Assembly (NCBI RefSeq): GCF_006345805.1
Contig: NC_042998.1
Location: 158,410,001 to 158,474,000, forward strand
Direction: 5' to 3'
Length of the DNA stretch: 64,000 nt
From: Octopus sinensis
Taxonomy: Eukaryota
Shown: positions 14,195-27,256 of the stretch, piece after piece
How positions within the stretch are numbered: position 1 is the stretch's first letter
Layout: each line of letters starts with the position of its first letter
Translations under genes and position numbers: made by a program
The notes under the pieces: model-generated
Told to the model about the DNA's origin: nothing
Databases searched by the model: none
What the model saw: the letters and a program-made list of their open reading frames with translations, nothing else

Positions 14195-14246
<52 letters not shown>

Positions 14247-14292
14247 GATAGATACATACATACATACATACATACATACATACATACATACA

Positions 14293-14328
<36 letters not shown>

Positions 14329-14471
14329 CATATATATATACACACACACACATATACATTTATATATATAGTAAAAGGAAGGATAGATATAATATACAAG
14401 CAGATACCGAATTTCTCTGAGTGAAATGCCTAGGCTGGTTCCTTCTGATTGTGCGTTGTTTAGTAATCTTC

Positions 14472-14506
<35 letters not shown>

Positions 14507-14514
<8 letters not shown>

Positions 14515-14846
14515 ATAGAGGGCATTATTACACATAAATGCCTCACACTAGGAGGGACAAAGTCATTACTACCAAAATTATACTAATCATACCCAAATGC
14601 AGTTTTTCAAAGCAAGACATTTAAAAAAATGAATTTAGTTCTGTATCACCGTGATTTCACATTCAACTTACGTCATTAGACGTAAGTTGAATGTGAAATC
14701 ACGGTGATACAGAACTAAATTCATTTTTTTAAATGTCTTGCTTTGAAAAACTGCATTTGGGTATGATTAGTATAATTTTGGTAGTAATGACTTTGTCCCT
14801 CCTAGTGTGAGGCATTTATGTGTAATAATGCCCTCTATACAATATA
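14507..14846. repeat. Perfect palindrome, 168-bp arms, 4-nt loop (ATTA, 14675-14678)
   Basis: Base-by-base pairing about the centre; the left arm starts in a (TA)n tract. Confidence 0.92.
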
Positions 14847-14993
14847 GATATAATTAATTTGTTCAAAAGAAAAAAAAATTATTTTCGAATTCTTTTCTTT
14901 TATGAGGTTTTCACGCTAGCTACCCGATAATTTCTTGTTAAGATCCCTTATTAAGAGATTATCCTTAATTGTTAAACTTATATATATATATAT

Positions 14994-15220
14994 ATAACAT
15001 AAGGGACGTTAGCCATCCGAATGTGGCTAGGGACAGGGCAGGGTGGTGGGGGTATTACTGATGCATTTAGCCCAGGCGATCATCAACGTCACCAGAAGGG
15101 CTGACGCCATCACGGCGACCTCTAGCCTGATGATCGCCTGGGGCTAAATGCATCATTAACACCCCCACCGCCCTGCCCTGTCCCTAGCCACATTCGGATG
15201 GCTAACGTCCCTTATGTTAT
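14994..15220. repeat. Inverted repeat with ~90-bp arms and ~42-bp spacer
   Basis: ataacataagggacgttagccatccgaatgtggc...gatcatca versus its reverse complement ending cccttatgttat; 3 mismatches seen. Confidence 0.85.
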
Positions 15221-15333
15221 GGAGCAGTTACTGTATATACCTCGTTTAGAGAATTATTATTGCTATATATATATATATATATATATATATGCAAGCAGGG
15301 GTGTGAGCCCCTACCGCCTTCTAACCATGAGAC

Positions 15334-15380
15334 CACCAGACCGTACGGTTTCGACCTCTTTTTCCTGATCCTCGGTGGTG
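15334..15380 (-). ncRNA. Hammerhead-like motif with variant or damaged core
   Basis: Minus strand CACCA-CCGAGGA-tcaggaaaaagaggtc-GAAAC CGTACG GTC-TGGTG: 5-bp stem I, palindromic stem III, GUC triplet; U4 is C and stem II is broken. Confidence 0.45.
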
Positions 15381-15599
15381 CATAGTCGTCCACTAGAGAT
15401 AGCTAGAGAAGAAAGCTGTAACTATAGTGAGAAGTAATATTCATCGCTACTTAAATATCGATGTCCTGTAGGAACCGATATTACTGCTATTTTTAACCCC
15501 AGGAGGACGCTTGTTCCAGGTGATTATTCGATGCAATCTGCATCCGATACATATTGCAAGCAGGACCTATTTGTGAAACTAAATATACCTATATATACA

Positions 15600-15650
<51 letters not shown>

Positions 15651-17404
15651 ATGTGTGTGCGTGCGTGTGCATGTGTGTGCGTGTGTATCATAAATACTTT
15701 AATAATCACAGACACATGCTCCAAGGCCTACAAAGAGATACATACATTCACACACACATGGTCAGAAGAGTTTATAATGAAGGTGGGTGTATTTCAGTGA
15801 TTTCCCGCAAGCTTATTATAACTGTACCGTATTTGATTACCCACTCTTTCTCCCCTCTCTCTCTCTCTTTCTTTCTCTATCTTTCTTTCTCTTCATTTCC
15901 CTCACTCCCTGTTACTCTCTGTCATTCTCTTCCCTCGTATCTTTTTATCTTTCTCACTTTCTCACTCACTTACTCTCTTCCTACTCAAAGATCTGGAAGC
16001 CACGAACAAAGTTATCTAGGACATCCAGTTCCTTGCTTTCATGTAGGTACTTCCAACACAAAGGTTATACAGCTAGTCACACAACTCACATACACAATGC
16101 ATAAACACAAATCCGTGCACATACACACGCATACATATACACATCTACATACACACAAACACATAGGTACATGCATTCACATAGATAAATATAAACATAC
16201 ATACATACGTAATTTAAATCAAAAGAGAACAGACATACAAGTGCCAACAAAACAGGCCAGATATAGTCGTTTGGGAGAGACAAGAAAAAGTATGTAACGA
16301 CAGATACTCTCCTGATGTGAATGTCTCTTCTAAAGTAAAAGAAGTAGAGGATAACTACTGATAGCTGTTTCCAAACCTTTTATACCCCTATTATTAATTC
16401 CTATCTACACCTATCTATAGTAATTGGTGCTCTTGCTTTTGTCAATAAATGCTCAAGTGACAATCTGGAAAAGGTAGGATTTTCAGGAAAAGAAATTAAC
16501 CAGCTAACACGCTCATCACAAATACAATTTGTAATCGGAACAGTAAAAATAAGCAAGATTTTTCTCAGGTTCAATATGTGACATTGTTTTCATCTATATG
16601 CCAATCACGGAGTTTTGCGCTCCTTACTTTCAGGAAGATTTCAAATTATTAAAAATAGAAGAGAACATGCAAAAACCTAGGAAAGAAATGACTCAGGATA
16701 ACAACAACAATAAATATGAAACAAAACAAATTATGCATAAGTATGTTCCAGAAAATTTTATGTTACATAAACGGTAGGCTCACACGTTGCATTTCAATGG
16801 TTATCGTTTCGTAATCCATAAACTAGGAGATAACTCCAAGGTGCGAACAAAAATATCCATTATATCACATTTCTGTGAACGTTAAGTAAATCATGTTTTC
16901 ATTAATTGCTCAACAATATCATTTCGGTACTATTTTTCATTATACAATGTCGAACGTGAGAAACAGTTTTGTCGCATTATTTCAAGCCGGCTGGCTTTTC
17001 AAACCTCGCATGGAAGAAGGAAAGACTATTTGATTTCTCAAGAAGTTTTTTTTTTATTTCATCTTTTGCTGGTGTCTCAAATTTAGGTTAAATCAGTGTT
17101 TCTCAAAGGGGAGGCCTACGGAACGGTCGAACAAGTTGTTTTGAGAAAATTTTGACAACTCAGCAAATATATATGATTATAAGGAAGACTATTTCTTCCA
17201 GTGCATAGACTTCACTCTGAAGTGCTCAATATCTATATATTTTTAATGTGTTTGATATGTTGAATATACTTTCGCAGAAATTTATACATGTTGGGTCTAG
17301 GGCTAAATAAATATAAATGTATATGTGAACCTGATTTGCCTAACTTTGATTCTTACTTATACATATATAACATATACATAAAAACAGGCACACACACACA
17401 TTTA

Positions 17405-17779
17405 TATTTACTCTTTTACTCTTTTACTTGTTTCAGTCATTAAAGGCTGGAGCACCGCCTTTAATCGAGCAACTCGACCCCAGGACTTATTCTATCGGTC
17501 TCTTTTTGCCGAACCGCTAAGTAACGGGGACATAAACACACCAGCAATGCTAGGGGGACAAACACAGACACACAAACACACACACGCATATATATATATA
17601 CATATATACGACCGGCTTCTTTCAGACTCCGTCTACCAAATCCATTCAGAAGGTCCGAGGCTATAGTAGAAGACACTTGCCCAAGGTGCCACGCAGTGGG
17701 ACTGAACCCAGAACCATGTGGTTGGTAAACAAGCTACTTACCACACAACTACTTACCACACAGCCACTCCTGCGCCTAT
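17405..17779 (-). mobile_element. SINE family A, near full-length reference copy
   Basis: Minus strand: ggcgcaggagtggctgtgtggtaag (A-box-like)...ggttctgggttcagtccc (B-box-like)...ccttgggcaagtgtcttctactatagcctcgg...ggtagacggagtctgaaagaagccggtcg (TA)n(TG)n...ggcggtgctccagc...gactgaaacaagtaaaagagtaaaag. Confidence 0.85.
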
Positions 17780-18564
17780 TTAACACATATTTATATAAAT
17801 ATACAAACAAACGTGAGACACCCTCTGTTAAATGTGTCAGTTTGTGTACATAGCTCGTTCAAAACAAGCCTAAGGTGTGTCTTTCCATAACTAATCAGAT
17901 CAGCGGGCGTTGACAGCCCTTGCGGCTGCTGCTGCTCGAGCAGCAGTAGTAGTATGGGTGATGTTGGTAATGGAATTAGCAATAGTGTTAATGAGAGGTA
18001 TGTTGGAATTGTAGTGGCGTGTAGCAGGTGTCGTGATGGTTGACGTAGTAGCTGTAGTAATAGCAGTTATATTCGGGAGGATTTTAATGGTACCATTACC
18101 ATACACTCAGTAAAAGCTATTGTTGTGAAACAAACTACGTTCTAGGGAGGAACTCCCCGAAGGTAAGTTAGGTATCTACTAGGTTATTATACAGGGAAAC
18201 GCTAATCGAACAATCTATGATCAAAGGCATTCTAACCACGACCATTCCACGTATTCATATGCGAGAAAACCAGGTGTATACTATTCATTGTTCATTTTCA
18301 AAGTTGAACAGTGTAATTTGAGGGAGAATTGGTTGCAAATTTGTAGAGATTGAACGAATACATAGAAGCTCCCTTTTAATTCGGTATCCACTTATTAATG
18401 ACTGCTTGCCCTGGACTGGTATCTATTTTATCAACATCCAAAGTATGAAAGGAAATGCTGATGAACTTACTGGAAACAGTTTCTCATGCACTCAGTCGAT
18501 TCTGCCGATTGGATATTATGTATCTTTGCTGTGAATTAATTACGTAATCTTTCTCTTATACTTT

Positions 18565-18744
18565 GTCTTTTACTTGTTTCAGTCATAAGGCTGCGGCCAT
18601 GCCGGGGCACGTTTTGAAGAATTTTTAGTTGGATGAATCGACCCTAGTACTTAGTTTTTTAAGCCTGGTACCTAGTCTATCGTTCTGTCTTGCCCAATCG
18701 CTAAATTGTCAAGCGGTGGTGGAGTGACAAACGCAGACACAAAG

Positions 18745-18795
<51 letters not shown>

Positions 18796-19030
18796 ACACA
18801 CACACACACACATCTTTTAAGTTCGTTTTGAGTGCGCTCATTAAAAGCTCCTATGTTATTTATTCTAGTTACTGCTTCCAGAGTAATTTTATAAGATGGT
18901 TGGACTTCTTTTAGTTTCCGTCTACCAAATCCACCAATAAGGTTTGGTTGGCCTGAAGCTATATGAGAAGACATCTGCCAAAGGTGCTATGCAATGGTAC
19001 TTTGACCGGAACTACGTAGTTGGGAAGTAA
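18565..19030 (-). mobile_element. SINE family A copy
   Basis: Same tail, (CA)n core and ttccgtctaccaaatcc segment as 17405-17779. Confidence 0.8.
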
Positions 19031-20989
19031 GCCGTGTCGACGTATAGTATGTCAAAGCTTAATTTAGTAGTATGGAAGTGTAGTATATTACGGTTTAGTT
19101 TACAAATGGAGTGTAGATGCGTAGAGTATTCAAGTGTGGTTTAGCGATGTAAAAGAAAGTGTAGTTTGCTAGAGTTTGGTTTAAGAATGTAGAAGTGCAG
19201 ACGAGTAGGGTGGCAAAATTTAGTTTAGTGGTGAAAGAGTAACTTTGTAATGTACTAGAGTTTGCTTAACTGTGTTGCATATTATCTTTCAGTTGAATAA
19301 AGTGCAAGTATAGAAGTGTCGTGTTGTGGAGTTTAGTTAATAATGTGATAATGTAATGTATTTACTTCAAGTCAAGTATGATTAAGTAGGCTTATGATTA
19401 AAAGTATTCAAGTTATTACCAACCCGTCTTCTTTTTTAAAAAGTGTGCATCTAGGATTGCATTTATTAATATGTTCTTTCCCTTTTCAGATGGAAAAGGG
19501 AGATTTAGTTTCAGTTCTTGAATCGCTATCTCGTGTCGATTACACTTCTACATTCTACCTCGTGTCTATTACACTTCTTAATTGAGCTGACGAGCTCAAT
19601 TAAGACCGAATCATGCCGGGTGTTGCCTACTGTACTTCCGAAATGTTTAAAATAATAGTCATTTAGTTAATGCTGCCTTCTCATCAGATAACTTTTACTT
19701 ATTACATTTAAAAACATATTTACTCCATTTACTACATTAATACCGAGTTAACAATTGTCTTTCGTGCAGAGTAATTAATTTCAATGATTTATTGATTAAT
19801 GCTTATAAATACGTTAATTTCTCACGCATAATCGTTTTCAGTACTATACGTTTATTTGGAGAATATCATCACAACTTGGACAAGTACTGTGAATTTCATA
19901 TTTCGTTGAAGAGATCTAATAACGCAGAAACGTGAGAAAATGTCATCTTCCCTGACTTACTGAAAGGATTAATATGATATTGGTCATTGAGAGAATTTCT
20001 ATCCTGACTAAATGAATGTGTCAAATTAGATTTTTGATGTTCATAACAATAAATATGTTAACACTAATCTTGATTTAAGAGGGTTGGAATGTAAGACCTG
20101 TAGGCTAATATTCTAATATGTTTGGACTTGTTCCAACACGAAACTACTTTGACTATATGAAACAATCATATAACCTCGTGTAATTACTGACTGTCTAAAA
20201 TATTGAAATACGTCTGAATTTGAAATAGAGCTTTTACAAATGATACAGCTTTCGATTATTGAAATCCAATGACTCTATATATCCCAAAACAGTGAGGATC
20301 CTGATAGATTTGTTACTCTATATGAAATGACGTGCCAAGCTAATTTCCTCGTCTGGCACTGCATAAAAAGACACTGCCAGACTATACTGGAATTAATGCT
20401 GTATTTTTGATGCTGTTTAGTTCTGCTTACATTTTCTTCCATTATTAGTTTAACTGTAAATTAAACAACCAGAATTAAATAATATAACTACACCCTTTTG
20501 TTTCGTGATATAATCCCGTTTGCGTCAAATTTCTTTCATTTCTGTGGTACAAGGATTCGATACCTTAAGTGGAGTTCCACTCTTAGAAGAATTCAGTCTT
20601 GCAAATTGTTCAGATTGGACAACATCTGTATCAATCAAATGAATTTGAAACTAGTGTAATCCCATGACGACTATCGTTCCTTTCCCAAATCCATTTCTTT
20701 TCACGTATCACTATAAAAATCAGTGATTTTGTGTAAATTGATTGTAGGGGCACGTATCAAGTGTAAAGGGGACTACCATATCTAAACAGAGAGAGTCTAA
20801 TATCAAATGAATTGTTTCATATTTATATTATGAACAATTTTATTAAAGCAAAGAGACATGAGAACAAGGAGCAAAGACAATATATATAAGTGTATTTATA
20901 AGAGAATATTGTTTAGTCACAGATTAGACTTCAGTGGGAAAGTTAAATTCATGCATGATCACACCGTCTTCTTTCAGGTACTGGGGCAC

Positions 20990-21141
20990 GACTTTGAACA
21001 ATTTTCGTCGAATGAATCGACTCCAGTATTTCATTTTTAGCTAGGTACTTATATCGGTCACTTGGCCGAACCGCTAAATTATGGGGATGTAAACACTCCA
21101 ACATAGCTTGTCAAGCGATGAGCGGAGGCATACACAGACAA

Positions 21142-21189
<48 letters not shown>

Positions 21190-21198
21190 ACATACACA

Positions 21199-21237
<39 letters not shown>

Positions 21238-21390
21238 CACATACACACACATACGACAGGCTTCTTTCAGTTTCCGTCGACCAAATTCACTCACAAAGCT
21301 TTAGTCAGCCTGAATGGATGACACTGCCCAAAGTACCGCGCAATGGGAGTAGATCTGGAACTTTATGGTTAAGAAGCAAACATATTAGTA
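20990..21390 (-). mobile_element. SINE family A copy
   Basis: gccgaaccgctaa, long (CA)n, gacaggcttctttcagtttccgtcgaccaaattcactcacaaagc. Confidence 0.8.
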
Positions 21391-21487
21391 AAGAGCCACA
21401 TCTACATATATATAACATATATACTATATACACACACACACACACTCACACACACACATACACACACACGCACACACACACATACAC

Positions 21488-21544
<57 letters not shown>

Positions 21545-21800
21545 CATGCATGCAAGATAGACGTTAAACGTTGATGATAAGAAGGTAAAAAGAGAGAAAA
21601 TAGAAAGGTGACAATGCGGAAAGTTAAATAAAACCTTCATATAAAACTGGACATTCCCCAGGCTGTTTTTCTTCTGAAGATGGGCCTTTGCACCTGAAAT
21701 ATAAAAGTTTTAATGTATTTTTCGCACTGTCAGAAGCTTTCTATTTTCTCTCTTTGGCCTGCTTCGATATCACAATGATTCAAGCGAACTATAATGCATA

Positions 21801-21915
<115 letters not shown>

Positions 21916-22472
21916 TTATCTATCTATATGTATGTGTGTGTGCATGTGTGCGTATGTATATATATAAACATGCACAAATGCGATCTCATATGTGAATGTA
22001 TGTTAATACGTATATTAATTGCTCTGGTATAATAGTATACATTCATAGATATGATGTGTGACTCTAATGTTGCTCAAAGAAATGACAAGGACCGTTAATA
22101 GATTACACTTCTGTCGTAGGGTCAACTTAGGTGTCAATGTGGTACTAGTGATGATTTATCTGTGTCGTTTTTTCATGAGTATGTGTGGCGAAACAAATTT
22201 TAAAATATCGTGAGAAACTATTCTCGAATCTCATTTCGTTCATCAACGTTATGTTTTCCTGAAAATGTGATTATTTTCATCGTATGTAAAATATATGTAT
22301 GTTTTATATATCGACGTTCTATATCAGTCATGGGCAAACTGTGGCCCGCGATTCTGAACGTCACGATTAATGAAAATTTGAATAGTTTGGGTGGTGCGGC
22401 TCGCCTGGTGATGAACCATATCTCATGGAGTTCGCTTCTTGAAAATGTTACCGATGCTTCTTATTATACTAG

Positions 22473-22811
22473 TAGATCTCAACCTGGGTCCATATGACCG
22501 TTGGAAGTCCATATAAGATTTTTGGGGTCTCTACACAAGCAAAATAGTAATTTGGGGCTCTACAGTCGTGTATTAGGGGTTCAGGAAAAAATTTGCTTCA
22601 GATGTATTTATTGTGAGAAGCAGCAAAATTTCTTTCTCTAACACTTTACATAGTCCATTCTACAGAGGTTAATGTGTGAAAAGCAAAAAGGAAATTATGA
22701 AAGAAGTTTCTATAAAACTAGTTTTCAAACATCGAATGGTTTTGGGGGATTCACCAGAATAGAATAGTAATCAAAAGGGACCCATAAGTAAAAAGTGGTT
22801 GAGAACCACTG
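22473..22811. mobile_element. hAT (Charlie-like) MITE
   Basis: Ends tagtagatctcaacc... and ...ggttgagaaccactg form degenerate CAGTGGTTCTCAACC-type terminal inverted repeats; no ORF. Confidence 0.55.
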
Positions 22812-23212
22812 ATCAATTCATTGGTTATGTTATATACATTGTTTATGTGAAATTATGGGATGTCAGTCGTCGCTTTCTGTTTCTATTTTAATTTAGTTTC
22901 ATTTTTAGGACAACTTTTTTTATGACGGTAAACTGCGTAGTGAACCGTGTCGTAGCAGACGAATTCGGAACGTAATGAACCAGAACAAGTAGGGCAAGAC
23001 GTTTTGTTCGACGCTCTAATATCTCAGTCAGTTGTCCATCTTAAAATTATGTAATGATTTCTTACATTGACCCAGAGACTATTAATGGGGTCACGGTCAA
23101 AAAAATGAAACCAGTAAATGACTAGTGTGTATTTCAGTGACCTTATACAAACTCATTGACGTATCTGCATACCTATTTTTTATACACGCAAATGTGTGTA
23201 TGTGTCTGTCTG

Positions 23213-23250
<38 letters not shown>

Positions 23251-23520
23251 TGCGCGTATGTGAGTGCGTGCTGCCACAATTTATTGTATCGAATTGTGAC
23301 TGTAATTTATGGACATCCTGTATGTATGTATGTATGTATGTATGTATGTATGTATGTATGTATGTATGTATGTGTAAGTGTCAGTGTTGTGTGCTTGCAT
23401 GTTTGTGTAAATATGTATATGTCTACGTTAACTTCGAAGTTGAGCTGCACAGATGTTGTTACCAAAAAAAGGACGCTGGTGATGATTGAAAGCTATAACT
23501 CTTTTCTTCTGTATTTTCAG

Positions 23521-23827
23521 CCACACCACCTTCACCCTGTGTGTCCCCTATCACAGTCGTCGCTGCAAGGTCCCCACCTCCCATCTCATCTACATCTGTC
23601 AGTGCTTCCCAGTCGGTGTCACCATCCAGCACCCTGTCATCTTCGCTAGGCGGTCATCTGAGTCACAGTAGCAGCAGTAGCAGCAGCAGTCCTCTCAAAC
23701 GTCATTCGCCTGGCTTGGTGTGTGTGGTGTGTGGTGACACCTCCAGTGGCAAACACTACGGTATACTGGCATGTAACGGCTGTAGCGGTTTCTTTAAACG
23801 CAGTGTCCGACGGAAGTTGATATACAG
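23521..23827 (+). CDS. NR2E3: NR2E3/PNR nuclear receptor, internal exon: Ser/Pro-rich A/B region plus first zinc finger
   Basis: Acceptor cttttcttctgtattttcag| at 23520 with an in-frame stop upstream; encodes ...[40 protein letters not shown](R); donor AG|gtgagt at 23828. P-box NGCSG is diagnostic of the NR2E3/Hr51/fax-1 group rather than TLX. Confidence 0.95.
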
Positions 23828-23925
23828 GTGAGTTGTTTTCTTATTAAATAGAAATTTTAAAAAGAAACAATCATCTCACTAAATAAATCAGTTGAAACCA
23901 TATTTTGTAATTACAATGATAATAA

Positions 23926-25100
23926 ATATTGGTTTCAAATTTTGTCACAAAGCCATGAAGTCCGAGGACATCAACCCTAACGCTGATATAATACTTATTT
24001 TATCGACCTCGAAAGAATGAAAAGCAAAGTCAACCCCGGCTGAAATGCTGCTAAGTATATTACCCGGGGTGCTAAGGATTCTGGCAGCTAGCCACCTTAA
24101 AGAAGAACCATAAATATTACTGTATTGATCTGAACTAGAAAATATGGCTATTAATAAGTTTACTTTTTATGAAGACAAAAGACTAGAAATGTTGCAGAAA
24201 GGTATTTTAATATCGAAGGATGAACAAGGATGAGCTGGCAGAATCGTTAGCGCATCCAACAAATTGCTTAGAAGTATTACTTCCGGTTCCTTACATTCTG
24301 AGTTCAATTACCGCAGTGGTTAACTTTGCCTGTCAACCTTTCGGAGTCAATGAAATAAAGTACCAGTCAAGTATTGTGGGTAATGTTGCCGATTACCCTC
24401 CCCTCAGAATTGCTGGCCTTGTGCCAAAATTTGAAGTTATTGTGAAAGGACGGAGTCGATCAAAATCTTCGATAGCATTTTGTATTCAGAAGGTAACATA
24501 ATCTTGATAAATAGCGTGAAGAATTATGTCAACCACTTTACCAGTTCTGTGACCTACCACCTTATCATTGGATAAAAGGATTGCCTTTGCTGAAGGTGGG
24601 GGGATACAATCGATTGAATCGATATTGTATATGACTGACTGTTACTTGCTTTATCCTCTCTGGAGTGGAGAAAGTGAAAAACAAAATGTCAACTTCAAAA
24701 CCAGACAACCAAATACACAAACCAAATACCGTAAAGTATTTAGTGTAGCATTCTGCTTTTTCTTTTATAACATATAAGTTAAACGGATTGGTAGAAGGAA
24801 TGCCTATCGCTGAATTTAGTAGCACCGAGTTTATCATCAACAAATGTTCGTTAGTAATGTTAACTAAATTATTTTCACATGAAAGGTGCTGAGCTGGCAG
24901 AATCGTTAGCACACCGAGCAAAATGGTTAGCAGCATTTCATCCGTCTATACGTTCTGAGTTCAACTTCCGCTGAGGTCGACTTTGCTTTTCATTCTTTCG
25001 AGGTCGATAAAATAAAGTATTATTTGAGCGTTGAGATTGATGTAATCGACTTACACAGTCCCCCATAATTTCTGGCTTGGTGCCAACATTTGGAACCAAA
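23926..25100. mobile_element. Cluster of three SINE family B relics (23926-24100 minus; 24229-24440 and 24886-25100 plus)
   Basis: gagctggcagaatcgttagc head and gaggtcgactttgcttttcattctttcgaggtcgataaaataaagta central block, shared with 53282-53470. Confidence 0.7.
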
Positions 25101-27164
25101 TTATCTTCACATGAGAAGTAGAGACTGAAATGTCTTACTCAGAAGCACAATGCAACATTATATGTATCGGTAATTGTGGGATAGGAACTAAAGCTAAAAG
25201 TATATGTGGCTTTTAGATTATGGCATTAGTCAGAAAAGTAGTAGAGTTTCATCAGACATCTCACATATTTTAAGCTTAGTTTGACTTTTCAACGTATTAA
25301 ATTGTATACGTTATTGTCAGATTTTCGGGTGTAATAGTAGTAAACCTTTATTCCCAGAATAGAAAACATTAACGTTTAGCTAAACCAAACTAGATAGCAA
25401 ATAAAGGGTATTTAATTAGTCTACGATATGTTGTTCTAGACAAATATCCATGTGAGAAGAATAAATCTGTTTTTTATCCTTGTGTTCGAGGAGGATAAAC
25501 TTCGCACATTAGCCCTTGGACACCCTTTTTGATAAGGAGATTAGAAAGGAAAAGGATGTTTGTGATTGATAGGGTTTATGCGAGACCTGAATTGCTAGAG
25601 GTTCGTGTAGTGAAGGAGTCCATGGAGTAGGAGATCCTCTATAAAGTATTTCATATAGGGACTAAGAAGAGAAAGACAATGTAAGTGGTAAGATGGGTGC
25701 TGATCCCAGTAGGGGTGGATAATGTAGAAGAAAACCCAACACGACAGAAGTAAATAGATAGAAATTTTATTAATTGGCTTTCTTTATTTGAATCCAGTCT
25801 TAGGATTTCAGTAAAGGAAAAACTACATTTGAAAGCTGTATTTCTTGTTGAAAAATATTTGAATATTTTAGAGTTAATAATTGCAGCTAGAATGATCCAG
25901 AATTGCTGGATATAGTGGAAGTGATTTCATGTTGATCACTTGCCGTCCAGAGTTCTTAAATAATCATTGAGAGATGTAACTTTCTTAACGTAATTTCCTT
26001 TGTTTCTAGAAACCTCACTTCTATAATAATGGCGTTGCATGAGATTTGCATATATTTAGCATAAGCAATTATATTTTGTTCAGACAGTTAATCGTAGATT
26101 TTGAAACATATTTATTTATATATTTATTCATTAGCTTTCTCTTTTTCTGAAGGGGTGGGAGAAATCATTTACGATAAAAAAGGTAAATAAATAGAATCAT
26201 ACTTCTTATGCAAACTTTGCTACTTTTATTCTTTTGTGGAATCAGTTGATTCCAAAATGAATAAAAACGTATTCTGTGTCAACAACAGAAATTTTAATGA
26301 ATTATTTTACGGTTGTCATAAAAATAAGCCCCTTGCTCTGTAAAAGTTATGTCATTCCTAGTAAGTATGTATTATAAAGCCAATCAAAATTACAGATACA
26401 TATATTGTTTATTGTACAATGGTCTTCCACTATCATCACCACCAGATAAAAAATAGATTCCTTCCACATCTTTGTATATTATCTTATCCTTATTTCTTCT
26501 AGCCAAAGGAAAGTGAAAAGACACAAGACTGACTTGTCCACAGGTGTTTACGATAAACCATTCAGTTATTTGCAGTACGTTTTCGTGTTAGATTTTAAAA
26601 CAATCCCTTCATATCACCAATAATCACAGACATTAGCTTTACAATATCATCATTTTCTCCTTCACACGTTCTTGACATTTCCATAAGGTAATCAGATCGA
26701 TGGTCGTTCTTGTTTTAGCAAGGAAAGAAAATCCCGTTTTGTAACGATGCAACCAAATGATCAGAAGCATCATGAAACAGCAACTCAGTCTTTTTTTTCC
26801 TTCTTTGACTCTCCTATTTTATATATCCTTTCCTTCGATTTTTATCTTTATTTATCTTTACATTACCCATACTCAGATACACACAACGCACACAAGCACT
26901 CACAATTTAAACGTACCCTCTTCCTCTATTCAACTATATTATTTCTACCACTCCTTTCTCTTTACCTTCTTTCGCTCTTCCGCCCCTCTCACGTTGTCTC
27001 GTTGAGATGCTTTCGATCTTCGAATTATAGATATTTTAGCAGTGATTAGAATTTGCCGAATGGTTTCCTAGTATGACTTACCGATTCAAATAACCGTGGT
27101 GACGATTTATAAAAAGACTGCGTATCGTGAGTAAAAAATATAAGTAGATTTATATATATGTATT

Positions 27165-27204
<40 letters not shown>

Positions 27205-27222
27205 CAAAAATATATATATATG

Positions 27223-27256
<34 letters not shown>

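Noticed and set aside
17900-18170. Thr/Ala-rich ORF and strong donor AAG|gtaagt (~18163) as possible NR2E3 exon 1
   Set aside because: All plus-strand ATG frames stop before the donor; low-complexity sequence.
21675-21715. CTGAAGA-tgggc...cacct-GAAA
   Set aside because: Poor stem II and no stem III, NUH or stem I; at most a decayed relic.
25440-26040. Possible Penelope RT/GIY-YIG relic
   Set aside because: No convincing motif by eye; a tBLASTn/HMM search is needed.
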